Assembly (NCBI RefSeq): GCF_038025025.1 | Contig: NW_027117346.1 | Span: forward strand, 310,001 to 374,000 | Length of the DNA: 64,000 nt | DNA from: Phyllosticta citribraziliensis | Lineage: Eukaryota | Direction of reading: 5' to 3' | Part shown: piece by piece, positions 24,785 to 36,465 of the stretch | How the letters are laid out: every line of letters starts with the position of its first letter | How positions within the stretch are numbered: the first letter of the stretch is position 1 | The notes under the pieces: generated by a model | Databases searched by the model: none | The model's input: the letters and a program-made list of their open reading frames with translations, nothing else | Told to the model about the DNA's origin: nothing | Position numbers and translations under genes: made by a program

Positions 24785-27700
24785 ATGGCTGCTGAGAGTA
24801 CCATCCAAGTCCTTCCAGAGGGCGCTGGATATGGCATCGTCATCGGCATCGGTGGCGTGTTCGCCGCGGTCATGTTGGGCTTGACCTGGTTGCAAAACAG
24901 GTACACGACGTTCTCGACACAAAATTCTGAGGAGTTCAATACGGCTTCGAGGAGTATTAAGCCTGGTCTCATTGCCGCAGGAATTGTGTCTTCGTGGACG
25001 TGGTCTGCCACGGTACGTCTTTTCTTTACCCCTGACCCCCCATCTTCATTTTTTTCAAAATTTCCGGTGACTGACAATATCCTCCCAGCTTCTAACCTCT
25101 TCTACATTCGCATATGAATATGGTGTCTGCGGCCCTATGTGGTATGGAGCTTTAGGATGTTTCCAAATCTTTCTATTCGCCTTGATTGCAATCAAAATAA
25201 AAGGGAATGCTCCTGGTGCCCACACTTTTCCTGAGATTGTGCGGGCCAGACACGGCAAAGTGGCGCACATTACTTACCTATTCGCTGGCCTCTGTACCAA
25301 TATGCTTGTCGGAGCCTGTCTTGTGCTTGGAGGATCTCAGGTGAGTTGGTCATTCTTTTGACAAGGGGTCAACACCTCAACACCCCTACTCCCACATGCA
25401 CCCATCCAAGCTCCTTTCAAACCCTGGCGCGAATGCTCCAGCTTACACATCGTGTGCGGAAATAAATCACAAGGAAAAAACGGATGAGAAGAATGTGCAA
25501 TATATGCTAACAAATTTAGGTCGTGGAAGCAATGAGCGGGATGAACGTCTACGCCTCCTGTTTCCTCATCCCCCTGGTCGTAGCGGCCTACGTCATTGCT
25601 GGCGGACTGCGCAGCACATTCATCGCCGACTACCTCCACACCGTCATTCTCTTCATTGTCATCATGGTCTTCGGGTTCTTGATATATTCGACAAGCCCAC
25701 TCATTGGCAGCCTCGACAAGTTTTATGACCTTTTGGTGGAGGCGTCTGAAAAGATGCCGATCAAAACCAACGTGGACGGCTCTTACTTGAGTTTTCGCTC
25801 CGTTGATGGCTTTGTATTCGCCATGGACTTGCTCGTTTGCGGATTCTGTTGCGTGTGGCTCGATCAGGCGTATTGGCAGCGTGCCATCGCCAGCAGGCCA
25901 GAGACAAGCATCAAGGCTTACTTGCTCGGTGGATTTGCATGGTACGGAATTCCGTTTGGATTTGCCACGGCTATGGGATTAGGTATGTTCCGCCCTTGTG
26001 TTGTGGTTTTCCTCTTTTCCCTCTTCCTTCCTTTTTTCCTCTCTTTGTCCCACGGAGCACCAGGAGCCAAATCACGAAGAACGAAACCTTCTACCTCTGC
26101 GGCTGCATCCAGGGACAGTCTTTTGGTAGCCCGGCTCGGTTCTGGAAGCTGTCATTCAGCACTGTGGCTGCGCCCAGGAAGTTCCCATTCTGTAGAACGG
26201 ATAAGCTCGGGGAGCGTCGACAACTTCTGTCGACAACTTCTATCAGCAACCCGGGTATGACAGTGCTAACTGTTCTCAGGTTGCGCTGCATTGACGAGCA
26301 ACCCCAAGTTTCCAACATTTCCGAACCCTCTCAGCACCGCTCAGACAAATGCAGGTCTCTCCGCGCCTGCAACAGCGTACACACTACTGGGGAAGGGAGG
26401 TGCTGTTTTGATGTTGATCCTGCTATTCATGGCCATCACCTCGAGCACCTCCGCTGAGCTCATCGCCGTCTCTTCGCTCATCACTTTCGACATTTTCCAG
26501 ACGTACATGCGGCCGAACAGCACACCGCAGACTCTCGTCAGGGTTTCTCACATTGGAATCGTCATCTGCGCCGTCGTGCTCGCAGCGTTCTGTTGCATCC
26601 TCAACGTCATTGGACTCAATCTGACCTGGCTCCTCACTTGCTTAGGCATCATCGTCGGTGGTGCAGCGGTCCCCGTCGGACTGGTCCTGCTGTGGGATGA
26701 TATCAGCACCGTGGCCGTCATCGCCTCGCCGTACATCGCACTATCTATGGGACTCATTGTATGGCTAGTGACGGCCCACAAGCGCTCCGGAGAGGTTACC
26801 ATTACCACACTGGGAAACACCATCAACGCCGTAGCCGGGAACATGACCAGCTCTTGCGGTGGCTTTGTGGTTTCCGTCATTCTGACCTACTTGTTCCCTG
26901 GGAAGTACCAACCCACAGACCCGAAAGCGATAGAGCACGCCAGAAAAATCGCGGGAATCTTTGACACCGAGGGCGTCTCACCATCAAAGACTGCCTCGCA
27001 CGAGGACGCCTTGGACAAGGGCACGGAGGTCAAGATTTCGGACAAGACCGACGGCTCCGACGAGTCGAAGACGGACGGAGCGGTCACGTCGGTGGTCCGC
27101 GACACCACAGCTGACTCCAAGGAACGGCCGCCCCCCGTGTATACTGGGAATGAACTTGTCGACTATCTGCAGACGAACCACGCGCAGCCTCTCGACCCCG
27201 AAGCGGTCAGAAAAGGAACACGCCTGGCGGTGGCCGCGAACGTCATCTTTGTCCTCATTGCCTGCATTCTCGTGCCTTTCTCTCTCTTTGGAGACGGCTA
27301 CATCTGTAAGTACAAAAGCCCGCCCACTTTCGACTCAACCCCCATCTTTGGCCTACTCACTCTCCGAATCCGTCTTCCCCGCCATTGCACCACTTCCCTG
27401 TCTGCCCGACCGACGGCCATTGCCATCCGGCAGGCTGCCTTGTCGTTTCACCTAGCAGCGGACCGCGCCTTCGACCCCCTTTCGCCCTGCCCGTCTTCTC
27501 CCCGTCAATTTCCCGCCTTGCCCCCTATCAAAGATTCCAGAATCCTTCTATCGGCCTGGGCAGTCCAGCCATAGCTGGGAAGAGCCCTGCTCCGCTGCGC
27601 TGCCGTTGCGGGCGACATGACGCAGGGAACGCTGTTGGCGCGGAGGCCCATCATAGTTCGCTTGGCGAAAGGCTAAACGGCTCCCCCAAGCTGGGCGGGC

Positions 27701-28132
27701 CTGGTCTAGCTCGCGATGCGTGTGTGGAAGTGGGCGTGGGGGCAAGACACGCAAGAAGCCGCTCCGAACTCGTCGTGTCTCTTTTCGTGTTGCATGCATG
27801 TTTGGCAGAGCGACTCAGCGAGGCGCAGGAAGCTTGCTCGTCATCTTTCCCTTCCCACGTCCCAGGTCGTTGGCTCGCATTGTTTCCTACCTTTATCTGC
27901 TACCCAGAAGCGCCGCTAACCCATTCCTCTCGCAGACAACAAAGCCTTCTTCTCCGGATGGTGTGTCGTCAGCTTCATCTGGGTCTGGGCCAGCATGACC
28001 ATCTGTGTCATCTACCCTGTTTTTGAGTCGCGCAACGCTGTTGTCTTTGTATGCAGGGGTCTGATGCGTGACACACTGAGTGCTTTTGGCATGCGCTCCA
28101 AGGATACGGGCGCCGATGGGACCAGAGTGTGA
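24785..28132 (+). CDS. DUR3: Urea active transporter, sodium:solute symporter family. Exons 24785-25012, 25089-25340, 25520-25982, 26280-27305, 27936-28132
   Basis: LPEGAGYGIVIG, SEEFNTASRSIKPGLIAAGIVSSWTWSAT, NAPGAHTFPEIVRARHG, GGLRSTFIADYLHT, DQAYWQRAIAS, FMAITSSTSAELIAVSS. Introns of 76, 179, 297 and 630 nt all keep the frame. This is a family-level call; orthologue versus paralogue is unresolved. Confidence 0.92.
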
Positions 28133-28900
28133 TGGCTTTTGATGATGACTCTCACGACTGATCGACTGTCAGGCTGCGCCATTCTTTGAGTTTGTTTTGA
28201 GAAGTTCGGTTGGCTTTCCGTTTTGTTTCGCGTTGGCCTTGCGGTAAGTGCTCTTCGATTTGGTTTAGATGCGGATGAGTGCTTGAAGAATGAGACTTGG
28301 CCAAGATAACGCGTTTGATGCAAGAACGCTCGTTCATTGAACTCCTTTGAAATCTGTAATTTGAATGTTGTTATTTTGATATCAAAAATGTGGTCTTTGG
28401 CAAGATAGAAACCAGGTAGTGATTCGGGATTCAGAGGGAATATCCAACGGAGTTAAATATTGTAAGTGCAGAGACCAAAGACAAGAGATACGCAAAAATC
28501 ATCTGCTGCTCAAAGACGCTTGTGACTGATTAGCTGTTGAAGGCGTTTGTCCAACGAATGAGTGTGGGTGAAAGGAAGAGATGCAGTGACGAGGTAGATG
28601 TGAAGAGATCCGCGACGCGAGAGAGCGCGCAAGGAAAAGTAAGAAAGTAACGAAGGACGAAGCGCAAAAGCGCAGTCAATGCGGGCGACATTTTACGAAC
28701 AAATCTCTGCAGGCGCTTCAAGTCCAATTTCTGAAAACGCCTTGGTATCCCCTAGCTGCTGTGCCGGTGCTTGCCGCACGATTCCACCGTCAATCATAAA
28801 TTATAATGACCGGGCTGCTGCGAAAGGAACGGCGCGATGATGCGCGAAGCCCCGAGACGAAAGAATTGAAAGTGTGCCTCCAACATCCAGGCAAGCACCA

Positions 28901-30458
28901 TTACCCGCTTCGCCGACCCCATTCTAGAATCCGGCGCTCGAGTTCCGTTGCCGGCATCTCCACAATCGGTTTGCCGTCTGCTTCGAACGCCCCCAGCGGT
29001 CCGTCATACTTGGGCGGCTGCTGCGAACGCGAGTCTTGCCGACTATGAGGAGACCCTCTTGTTAGGCGCTCCCCTCCATCTGCAGTGTCTGTTGTCCTAC
29101 TTCTCTCGCTCGTTCGGTGCGCCATCATGCTGGCCGCTGAGCCTTCAAATCCGGGAGCCACAGACCCCGCCATACCCCCGCCGCCGCCGAAACCATATGC
29201 GATGCCACGCAGATTGCCCATTCCAGGAACATCGGGACGCCGACGCATGGCGCCGTCTTCTTCGCGGAAGAGCGAGCGGTAGAGTTCTGGGCGTAGTGTT
29301 GTACCGTCGAGCGTAATCTCGCCGTTTCCGTCTGGTACGATTTCTTCCCAACGAGCGTGGCCGCGGGCGCTGGCTTGTGACGAAGGTTGTGAGCGTGGCG
29401 GTGGCGGGTACACAACAATGGTGGCGCTTTTGTCTTCTGGTTCCATAGGCGGTGGCGGAGGGGGCGGAGGTGCACGAATCGTGTCGGCTAGATCGATTTC
29501 TTCTATGCTGTCGCCACGATATCCCATATCCTCGCTCGGGAGTTCGTATATCGAACTTCGGGGCCTCGTTCCAGACTGGGGGCTTTCCAGTTCGTGCGCG
29601 AGACGGAGATTTGGTGTGTGCGCGCTGGGAGTGGGCGCGCTTGTAGAGATGGTCGATGAGAACGCTGACGGGAGAGGAGAGAGGCGAGTGAGGTTGACAT
29701 CGCTATCTGTTGTTTGTAGATTCTTTTGGACCATGCCTGTCGAGATCTTCGGCGCCGGACGGGATTGACGATATGGTCGACGGCGCAACTTTCTCCTCCG
29801 GTATCTCATGCAGCACAAGACCAAACCAACTATCAGCAGTACAGCAGCGGTGGTGGCGGAGACCGTGATTCCGATGATGGCTGCGTGTGAGATGTCTTCG
29901 TGAGAGTGGTCATTTTGAGAATCGCCGGAAGGTGTCTGCGAGAGTCAACTGATGGCTGTTGAAATTAAAATCGAGTCAACTTACGTCAGGAGCATCCAGA
30001 GGCAAAGTCACATTGTCGGCTACGTGATCCAGCATCCAATATTGGCCAACGTAGTCGTTTCCCGTGCTCATGAAGTTTTCATCGGATCCACTGAGAACAT
30101 CGAGGAAGAAGTCCAACCCGGTGAACTGATTGGACAACTTGATAAGCCCGTTGGACAATGTGATCTTCCAGTACTGGCCGCTGTGGTAGCCGAAAGGCGA
30201 GAGATGTGGAGTTTCCTTGTCATGTGGTAAGACATCTAAACACCAGGTCTGGTTCTGATAGCCGGCACATATGTTGAAGTAATCCGGCTCCTCGCTGGTG
30301 CGGAATTGAAAGTCGAGCCCTGGATCTCGCTTTACCGTGTGGAGTTGTAGGTCCGGTTTCGAAGGATTTATGGATAGTGGGGCTAGATCCCATGAGTTGA
30401 CGATTTTGTAGGTAGCGTTGGTGGAGATCTGAGCCACATTGGTAACGTTCCGAAGCAT
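28901..30458 (-). CDS. Single-pass membrane protein with an N-terminal ricin-B/CBM13-like lectin domain and a long disordered tail. Exons 30458-29985, 29935-28901
   Basis: Repeated (C/F)LDV...GQYW units (QxW motifs) and several N-x-T sequons. Intron 29984-29936 leads to TM helix AAIIGITVSATTAAVLLIVGLVLCCM, then RYRRRKLRRR and a Pro/Ser-rich tail. Confidence 0.75.
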
Positions 30459-32488
30459 GGTTCCTAGAGCGGTCGATCGTGCGCGGAGTACCAGTGGAAG
30501 AGCAACTACATCGTCAAGTTCCTCTGATAGTCGACAGTGAAGGGCGATGATCCGAGACTTGCGAAATTCCGCCCATGGGCAGAGGGGAGGATTGCCATTA
30601 TTTTACCGGATAGAAGGCCTTGTTGGCTGCATAGACCTTGCGGGAAGGAACCCAATCCGGATGGAGCAGGCACACGACGTCGTTGGGGAATGGCGAGGCC
30701 GTGTTCTCAGTGCAGGCCTGATCCCTGATGATTAACCATGTAGCTTTATTGTTTGGAATTCAAGCTTTGACCGAACGAACCGCATCATGATTGGACAGAA
30801 TTGAGAGGGATAAAGGGCAACATGAGGGAATGCTCTTCTGGTAAGAATATCGTTCGGCAGAAAATATTGTCCGCAGTCCTCCGTAGTAAGCAGCATCTTA
30901 GCCACTCCTAGACGACTTCACGAGTCTAACAATTGAGGGTTGTCTTTCGGGGCCGACGACCTTGGCAAGTCGCCGATAGTTTGCACGACTAATTTCCCGT
31001 GACTACAATCGTTGCATCGGTATGAGTTACGCCGACTCTGCTGAGAAAGTATATCACCTTCATTGCCGTACCCGAGGTCTTCCGCGGTGTCATAGCTGCC
31101 GGATCGACTGATGGTATCGGATCTTGTCTCTCAGTCTTGCGATAGAGTAGATGCCTTATGTGTCCCTGTGCGAAAGTCAACTCTCCCCTCCGATACTGTC
31201 AATGGAAAACCGGCCAGAAAGAAGAAAAGTGGTGGATAAATCAAATCTTGCCGACCGACGCTGAAAGAAGGCTGAGCAAAGACAAACTCGCGAATGCGAA
31301 GATTCGGCGCCGAATCAAATGCCATGAAATTGGAGAGACGGAAGTTGGCGTTTGCAGCAAAACAATGCCGTCGCGACGCGTGTCTGGTCTTGGTAGAAAC
31401 TGCGCGTCCCCAAGCAGCCGTTAATGCGATGTTGGCGCACCAAGACTCATTTCGGGCGCCACAACTCCTTCCCAGAAAATACAATGTTGCCAACCTGTCA
31501 ACAGCTTGGAGTGTGGCGCAGTGACTGCTTCAATCTGGATTGCCGACATGAGCTTCCCGGTTGGCCAAGGTAGCGATGGTCAAATTCATGATCAGTGACG
31601 TTGTGGGCCTAACCCATGAGCAGAGACGTCTCCTAAACTCTGCTCTCTAGATCGTACTGTAGTGCGGTCGATGGCAAAGTGGTTGGAGTGAAAGCTGATT
31701 CGATAATCCAATGCATTTTGCGGCTCGGGCCTCGAAATTTTTTCGAGCTTGACTGCAAAACATATTAAAGGGAGAATGCTGTGGCCTCCAGGATCATGGC
31801 TGATGTGTCGACATGAAGTAACGGTTTGCTCCTGGTAGGGTTGTTCCAGGAAATGGCGCACTCGCTGAAGCTTGCTGGTGGTGTTTTCCATGTCACCGAG
31901 GAATAATGTGGTTTTCATAGCCTGCGAGATGATGTGTCTCACTCCATGACTTCCTGAGCAGCTCCAGCAGCTTTGACTGGCTGCTCTCGTTGGTAGTTAC
32001 ATGGCTGTTCGCCGCATGGTGGCTCTGTCTCTCTCCATCTTGTTGGTCACCGTGGCTCGACCAATTGAATCGACTGGAAAGTATTGTCTTGACGCGAACT
32101 CGCAAACGTAAGACGTCCAGGTGCAGGCACAGTGGAGGGGATGCTGAAAGACTTGTCGGCCATTGCGGCTGCGCTCAGGGAGCAGTCTCCCGTTATCAAG
32201 ACTGCGCTGAGAGAGTTGTCGTTCATTACTGCACCAAAGTCCCATATGTATCTTGCGACACACCGTGCAAGTGTCCGATGTTGCGCCAGGGAGACAGAAC
32301 GGGCGTTGTGGTGAACGTGATTCAAGCGAAGTCCTGACTAATCAAAGAGCGAGTCATGTCAGTCCCGCGGTCTTGAATTTTGTGGTCGCTGAATACATGC
32401 ACGAAGTGTCGACAACCAAACGCAAAAGAAGCAGCGCCCAAGCGTGGTACCGTTCCTGAGCGGAACGTTCCATAAGCCCTTACCGAAA

Positions 32489-33574
32489 ATGGCGCCAGCC
32501 TCTACTCCAGCAGACCTCAAGACCTTGGTCGACTTGGCCGAATCTACGTCGAACTTGCTCTCCCAGTTTCTCAAAACACTCTCGAATACGTCCCAAGATG
32601 CCCCTTCAGCGCCTCTCGACGAGAACATCGATCCTCTAGCTCTTTTTCACGATTCTGCGAAACTCCTCCGCGCACATACCACAAAGCTGTCACTCCTACT
32701 CATCAACAAACCATTCACCGCCAGCGCAATTACGAAAGTGCTACGCGAAGTCAGCGGCACCGTGTTGCCAGCCATGATGGGTGGTGTCCAGCTGGCCACT
32801 CAGCTTTCTGCATCGCACAAACTGCCAGTTCTAGTCGAAAAGGAAGTCAGGGCAAGAGTGAGGAGGATAATGTCCGCGTTCTCGGAAGAGGCGGCCGAAA
32901 TCAAGGGCATGGCGGAGCGTGTACTCGACGAGGGAAATGGTGGAGGCAAGAGACCCGACGGCAGAGAGGGAAGAGACACCCTCAGCAGTACGGGCGTTGT
33001 ATGGGAGGCTTGCGACGCGTTGATGGACGTTCAACAATTCGGCTTTGCTGGCATACTGGTGCAACGTGTGGAAGAGTGGAAGGCGACGCTGTTGGACGCC
33101 GTGGAAGAGCTCAAAGAATGGGGCGAAGAAGCCGATGAAGAGGATGAGGCCGAGGACGACGAAGACAGCGGCGATGACGAGGATTTCGATGACATGTTTG
33201 GCGGAGACAAGATGCCCAAAGGCAACAAGGAGTTGAGGGAGCAACTCGAAAAGACGCTCAAAAAGACCAAGACCATCTCCGTGCTTTACCAAGCACTTGT
33301 GAAGAGGAGACTGAAGGCGCTGCCTAAGAACACTAGCGTCCAAAACGTAGAAACACTCGACCTGCTCATGGACGTCCTTCAGAGCATTCCGGAATCCGTG
33401 GACGACATGGCCTCATCCTTTTACGACTTGGACGCTGAGGAGGCCGCCGAAATCTTCAACAAATGCTGCTCGGATGCCGTGAGGGCATCGGAACTGGTCA
33501 AACAAAACTGGGAGGCCAAAGACGACGAATACACGACTTGGTCCGGTAAATTCCAAGATGCTATCAAAGCCTAA
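32489..33574 (+). CDS. GCIP/CCNDBP1-family (Grap2 and cyclin-D-interacting) helical protein
   Basis: Intronless 361-aa ORF with DSAKLLRAHTTKLSLLLINKPFT, TLSSTGVVWEACD, LLDAVEELKEW, an acidic linker and VDDMASSFY. Family assigned from recalled motifs. Confidence 0.75.
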   Translation: MAPASTPADLKTLVDLAESTSNLLSQFLKTLSNTSQDAPSAPLDENIDPLALFHDSAKLLRAHTTKLSLLLINKPFTASAITKVLREVSGTVLPAMMGGVQLATQLSASHKLPVLVEKEVRARVRRIMSAFSEEAAEIKGMAERVLDEGNGGGKRPDGREGRDTLSSTGVVWEACDALMDVQQFGFAGILVQRVEEWKATLLDAVEELKEWGEEADEEDEAEDDEDSGDDEDFDDMFGGDKMPKGNKELREQLEKTLKKTKTISVLYQALVKRRLKALPKNTSVQNVETLDLLMDVLQSIPESVDDMASSFYDLDAEEAAEIFNKCCSDAVRASELVKQNWEAKDDEYTTWSGKFQDAIKA

Positions 33575-33676
33575 CGACGCTTTTTCCTACAAGCAATCAA
33601 AGCCGATCCATCCAATTATCCCATCACTAAAGAATCGAAGACAGTCCCCACTACAATCTGACGTTAACGAGACCAA

Positions 33677-34538
33677 CTAAAACATCATCACTCCCACCAC
33701 CATCATGACGAAACTCGCCATGAATCCACCGTGTTCATTGAAAGATGAGGCTCCGGCTGTCGATGATGCGCTTGCTGAATCTCCGGAACTGGTGGCACTG
33801 GCGGTCGAGGTATCCGAGTCGCTTGAAGTGGAGCTGTCAGCCGAAGTTGTCCGTGTCCTTGTGGATGACGCCGTTGAGTTGGCTGCAGGCGTCACAGGAG
33901 TGGTGATTGAGGTCAAGGTGCCATTGCTGGGGACAGTGGTGGTGTTGAAGACTATGGGAATGATGGTGGCCGTGTTTGTGCCCGAGGAAACCAGAGTTCC
34001 GGTGAGAGTGACGGCGACGGTCTCTGCCGACGACGAAGAAGTGTCCGAGGCGGAAGCACTATTGGTGCCGGTCTCAGCCGCAGTTGAACTGGAACTGGGG
34101 ATGGTGATGAAAACTGAGACTGACCCTGTCGACGTGGCCGCGGCCGTACTGGACGCGGAGCTGCTGGAGCTCGAGAGGTCCTCGCAGATTCCGCTGGAGA
34201 CTTGCTGGGTTTCTGTCATGCCACGTTAACATTCGTCAAGTGCTGACACGAGCAAAGACGTACTCAATGCATCCGAGATGGAACACGAGGTCGTCACGCA
34301 GCTGGTGATCTCGTTTGTCAGGTCGCTCTGGTTTTCGCACAGGCAAGCCTGGTCGGTGACGCTGCAGCCCACTTTAGGCGCACCGTCCTCGAAACAGGTA
34401 TTCTAGAATCCACAGATCAGTAAAGAGGACTCTCAATCAGCTACCAGGACTTACTGCGCAAGAGGGAATATCAGCTGATGTGTATGCTGCGAGGATGGGG
34501 GCCGCAAGGGCAAATGACGTGGCGACGGCGAGCTTCAT
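33677..34538 (-). CDS. Secreted, probably GPI-anchored CFEM-domain protein. Exons 34538-34455, 34402-34264, 34212-33677
   Basis: Signal peptide MKLAVATSFALAAPILAA. Spliced 8-Cys CFEM: PSCA|NTCFEDGAPKVGCSVTDQACLCENQSDLTNEITSCVTTSCSISDAL|KTQQVSSGIC. Ser/Thr-rich stalk and hydrophobic C-terminus. The CFEM exons are missing from the ORF track. Confidence 0.92.
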
Positions 34539-36465
34539 GGTTCGATGTGGAAAGATGATGTTTGGCAGAGGGGCGAAAATTCAGAGTTGGATGGAGTAGT
34601 AGTCAAGCAACGCAACGACGAGGGCAATGGTCGAAACAAATACTTTTTGGGAGCACGAAAGATGGAAGCTGGTGGGACCAATAAAAGAGAAAGTCGCATT
34701 TGAGCAGCCAGAAGGAGACGATCAATTTAAAAAGCAAGCCCCATATCCTGGACAACTCCATCCTGATGGATCGGGTATACGAGTTGCGGTTCCATTGAAG
34801 AGTCTACGTATGCACACGTCGCATTCAGCTCACACATGGCTACGATGAACAAAGGCAAGATGCGCCACCCATCCGATGAGGCGTGGCACAAGAGCTTGGA
34901 CTCGAAGGCATATGCAGCGCACATTGGGCCAGTCAAAGACCAAAGGGGCCTTGGGCCAGCAGTCGTGTCACCAGTTCTACAGGCAGAGGTCCTGCAGCGC
35001 CACAAAACGAGACAACAAGGCCGTGAGGTCCCAGTTCCCAGCCACCGCGGACGGGGCATGAACGCCGGCTCTGTGCAGACAACTGGCCCGCGAGCAGCTT
35101 GGGAACAGCATCCGATTCGTGCGTTTCAATTGGCTGTGTGGGGTCCGGTCTGGTCCCGGGGTATGTCGATTGCTTTTTGTCCCAACGGCTCTTTTTTTGT
35201 TTTCTGCATAGCGAACATGGGGGCCGGGGGGCGACGAGAACGACGACGTCAAAGGCTACAGGAGACAGAGGGAAAGCCAGAACGATCCGGGGCCATCGTG
35301 ACCATTCTTAGCCGTATTTGGCTGAGCGCTCACCAGGTTCCCCGCGTCGGGGCGCATCAAGACGCAGACGAACGAGGATAGAGGTCCGTACGGATGGCGA
35401 GGAGGTGTTGTGTTCGGCTAAGGCATGTGGGCGGCGGCGGTGGGCATGCAGGCCGAAAATCCATCCGCCCGTGGTCTGATCTTGGCAACATGCAGGGGCA
35501 AGAAACACACCCGGCCTCGAAAAGATGCTGTCACATATTTTTTTGACAGGTGCATCTGCAACCTCTTTCTTTTTCTCTTCTCATTTCGTCCTCGACCTTG
35601 TCGTTGTGGGACTTCATCTTTGAAAAATTTGTCCTCCCCATATTTTCTCCACATCGCCCTCGGCCCTTTCTCATTCCCAAACCCAGACCTTGTGATTGTC
35701 TTGTTGCAGCTGAATCAACCGACAGTGACACAGGCTCTCCCTCGAATTTCGGTTCCGTCTGCTTGTGTGCAGTATCACAGAAATCTCGTGGATTTGGACC
35801 GACAGCGAGGTTCTGGACTCGCCCTCTATCTCCTGTGTTTCACTGATGAACCTGCCTGGGTGTCCTCAGTAAAAAAAAAAAGAGTAAGAGCCAAAAATAG
35901 CACATGCTGACATGCTTATGTAGGTGATGGTAGCCTGTCGTCATGCTTGGTCGCAAGCTTCCTTCGTGATCTCAATTTTGGTTCTCGCAACAGCTGTCAA
36001 TGTTGGCATTTGCAACCGCATGATTGGCCCCATGATCGCGATAGTGGATTACTGGCCGTGCTTGTCGGTGGTTATGATTACCAAAAGCGGTTAGAGGATG
36101 AATGGTGCTCGTGGGACCGTGATGGCGGTCCTCTGTTGCAACGAGACATGAACGGCACGTTTTGAAGGCTTTCACTTCTGTCACTCCTTGGTAGGGTTGA
36201 AAAAATTGAATACTTTGGATCAAAGGAACCGTCGTCCAGTCAGTGGTTGAGGAAAGGGATTGCAGCGATGCCCGTGAAGATTAAAGACCAAGGTACAGCA
36301 CAGAAAGGGCGCCAAATGAGATGGCAACACCTCGTCGGGTCATGTCTTCTCCTGGCATCCATTCATAAGAGCACATGAAGATCCGCAAGCCATTGCCTCC
36401 CACCCGCCATCCCAAATTCTTCTCAGACTTTCAGCTTCCTGTGCGGGCGTTGAAGAATTGCCGCG

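Noticed and set aside
27650..27680. GCGAAAGG in the long DUR3 intron, resembling the 3' end of a TPP riboswitch
   Set aside because: The CUGAGA and UGAU..GG.UAAU.CC core elements are absent, so no TPP aptamer can be called.
30500..32400. Short ORFs on both strands, including a minus-strand frame broken by a TGA near 31131
   Set aside because: There is no domain evidence, and a pseudogene cannot be told from chance ORFs.
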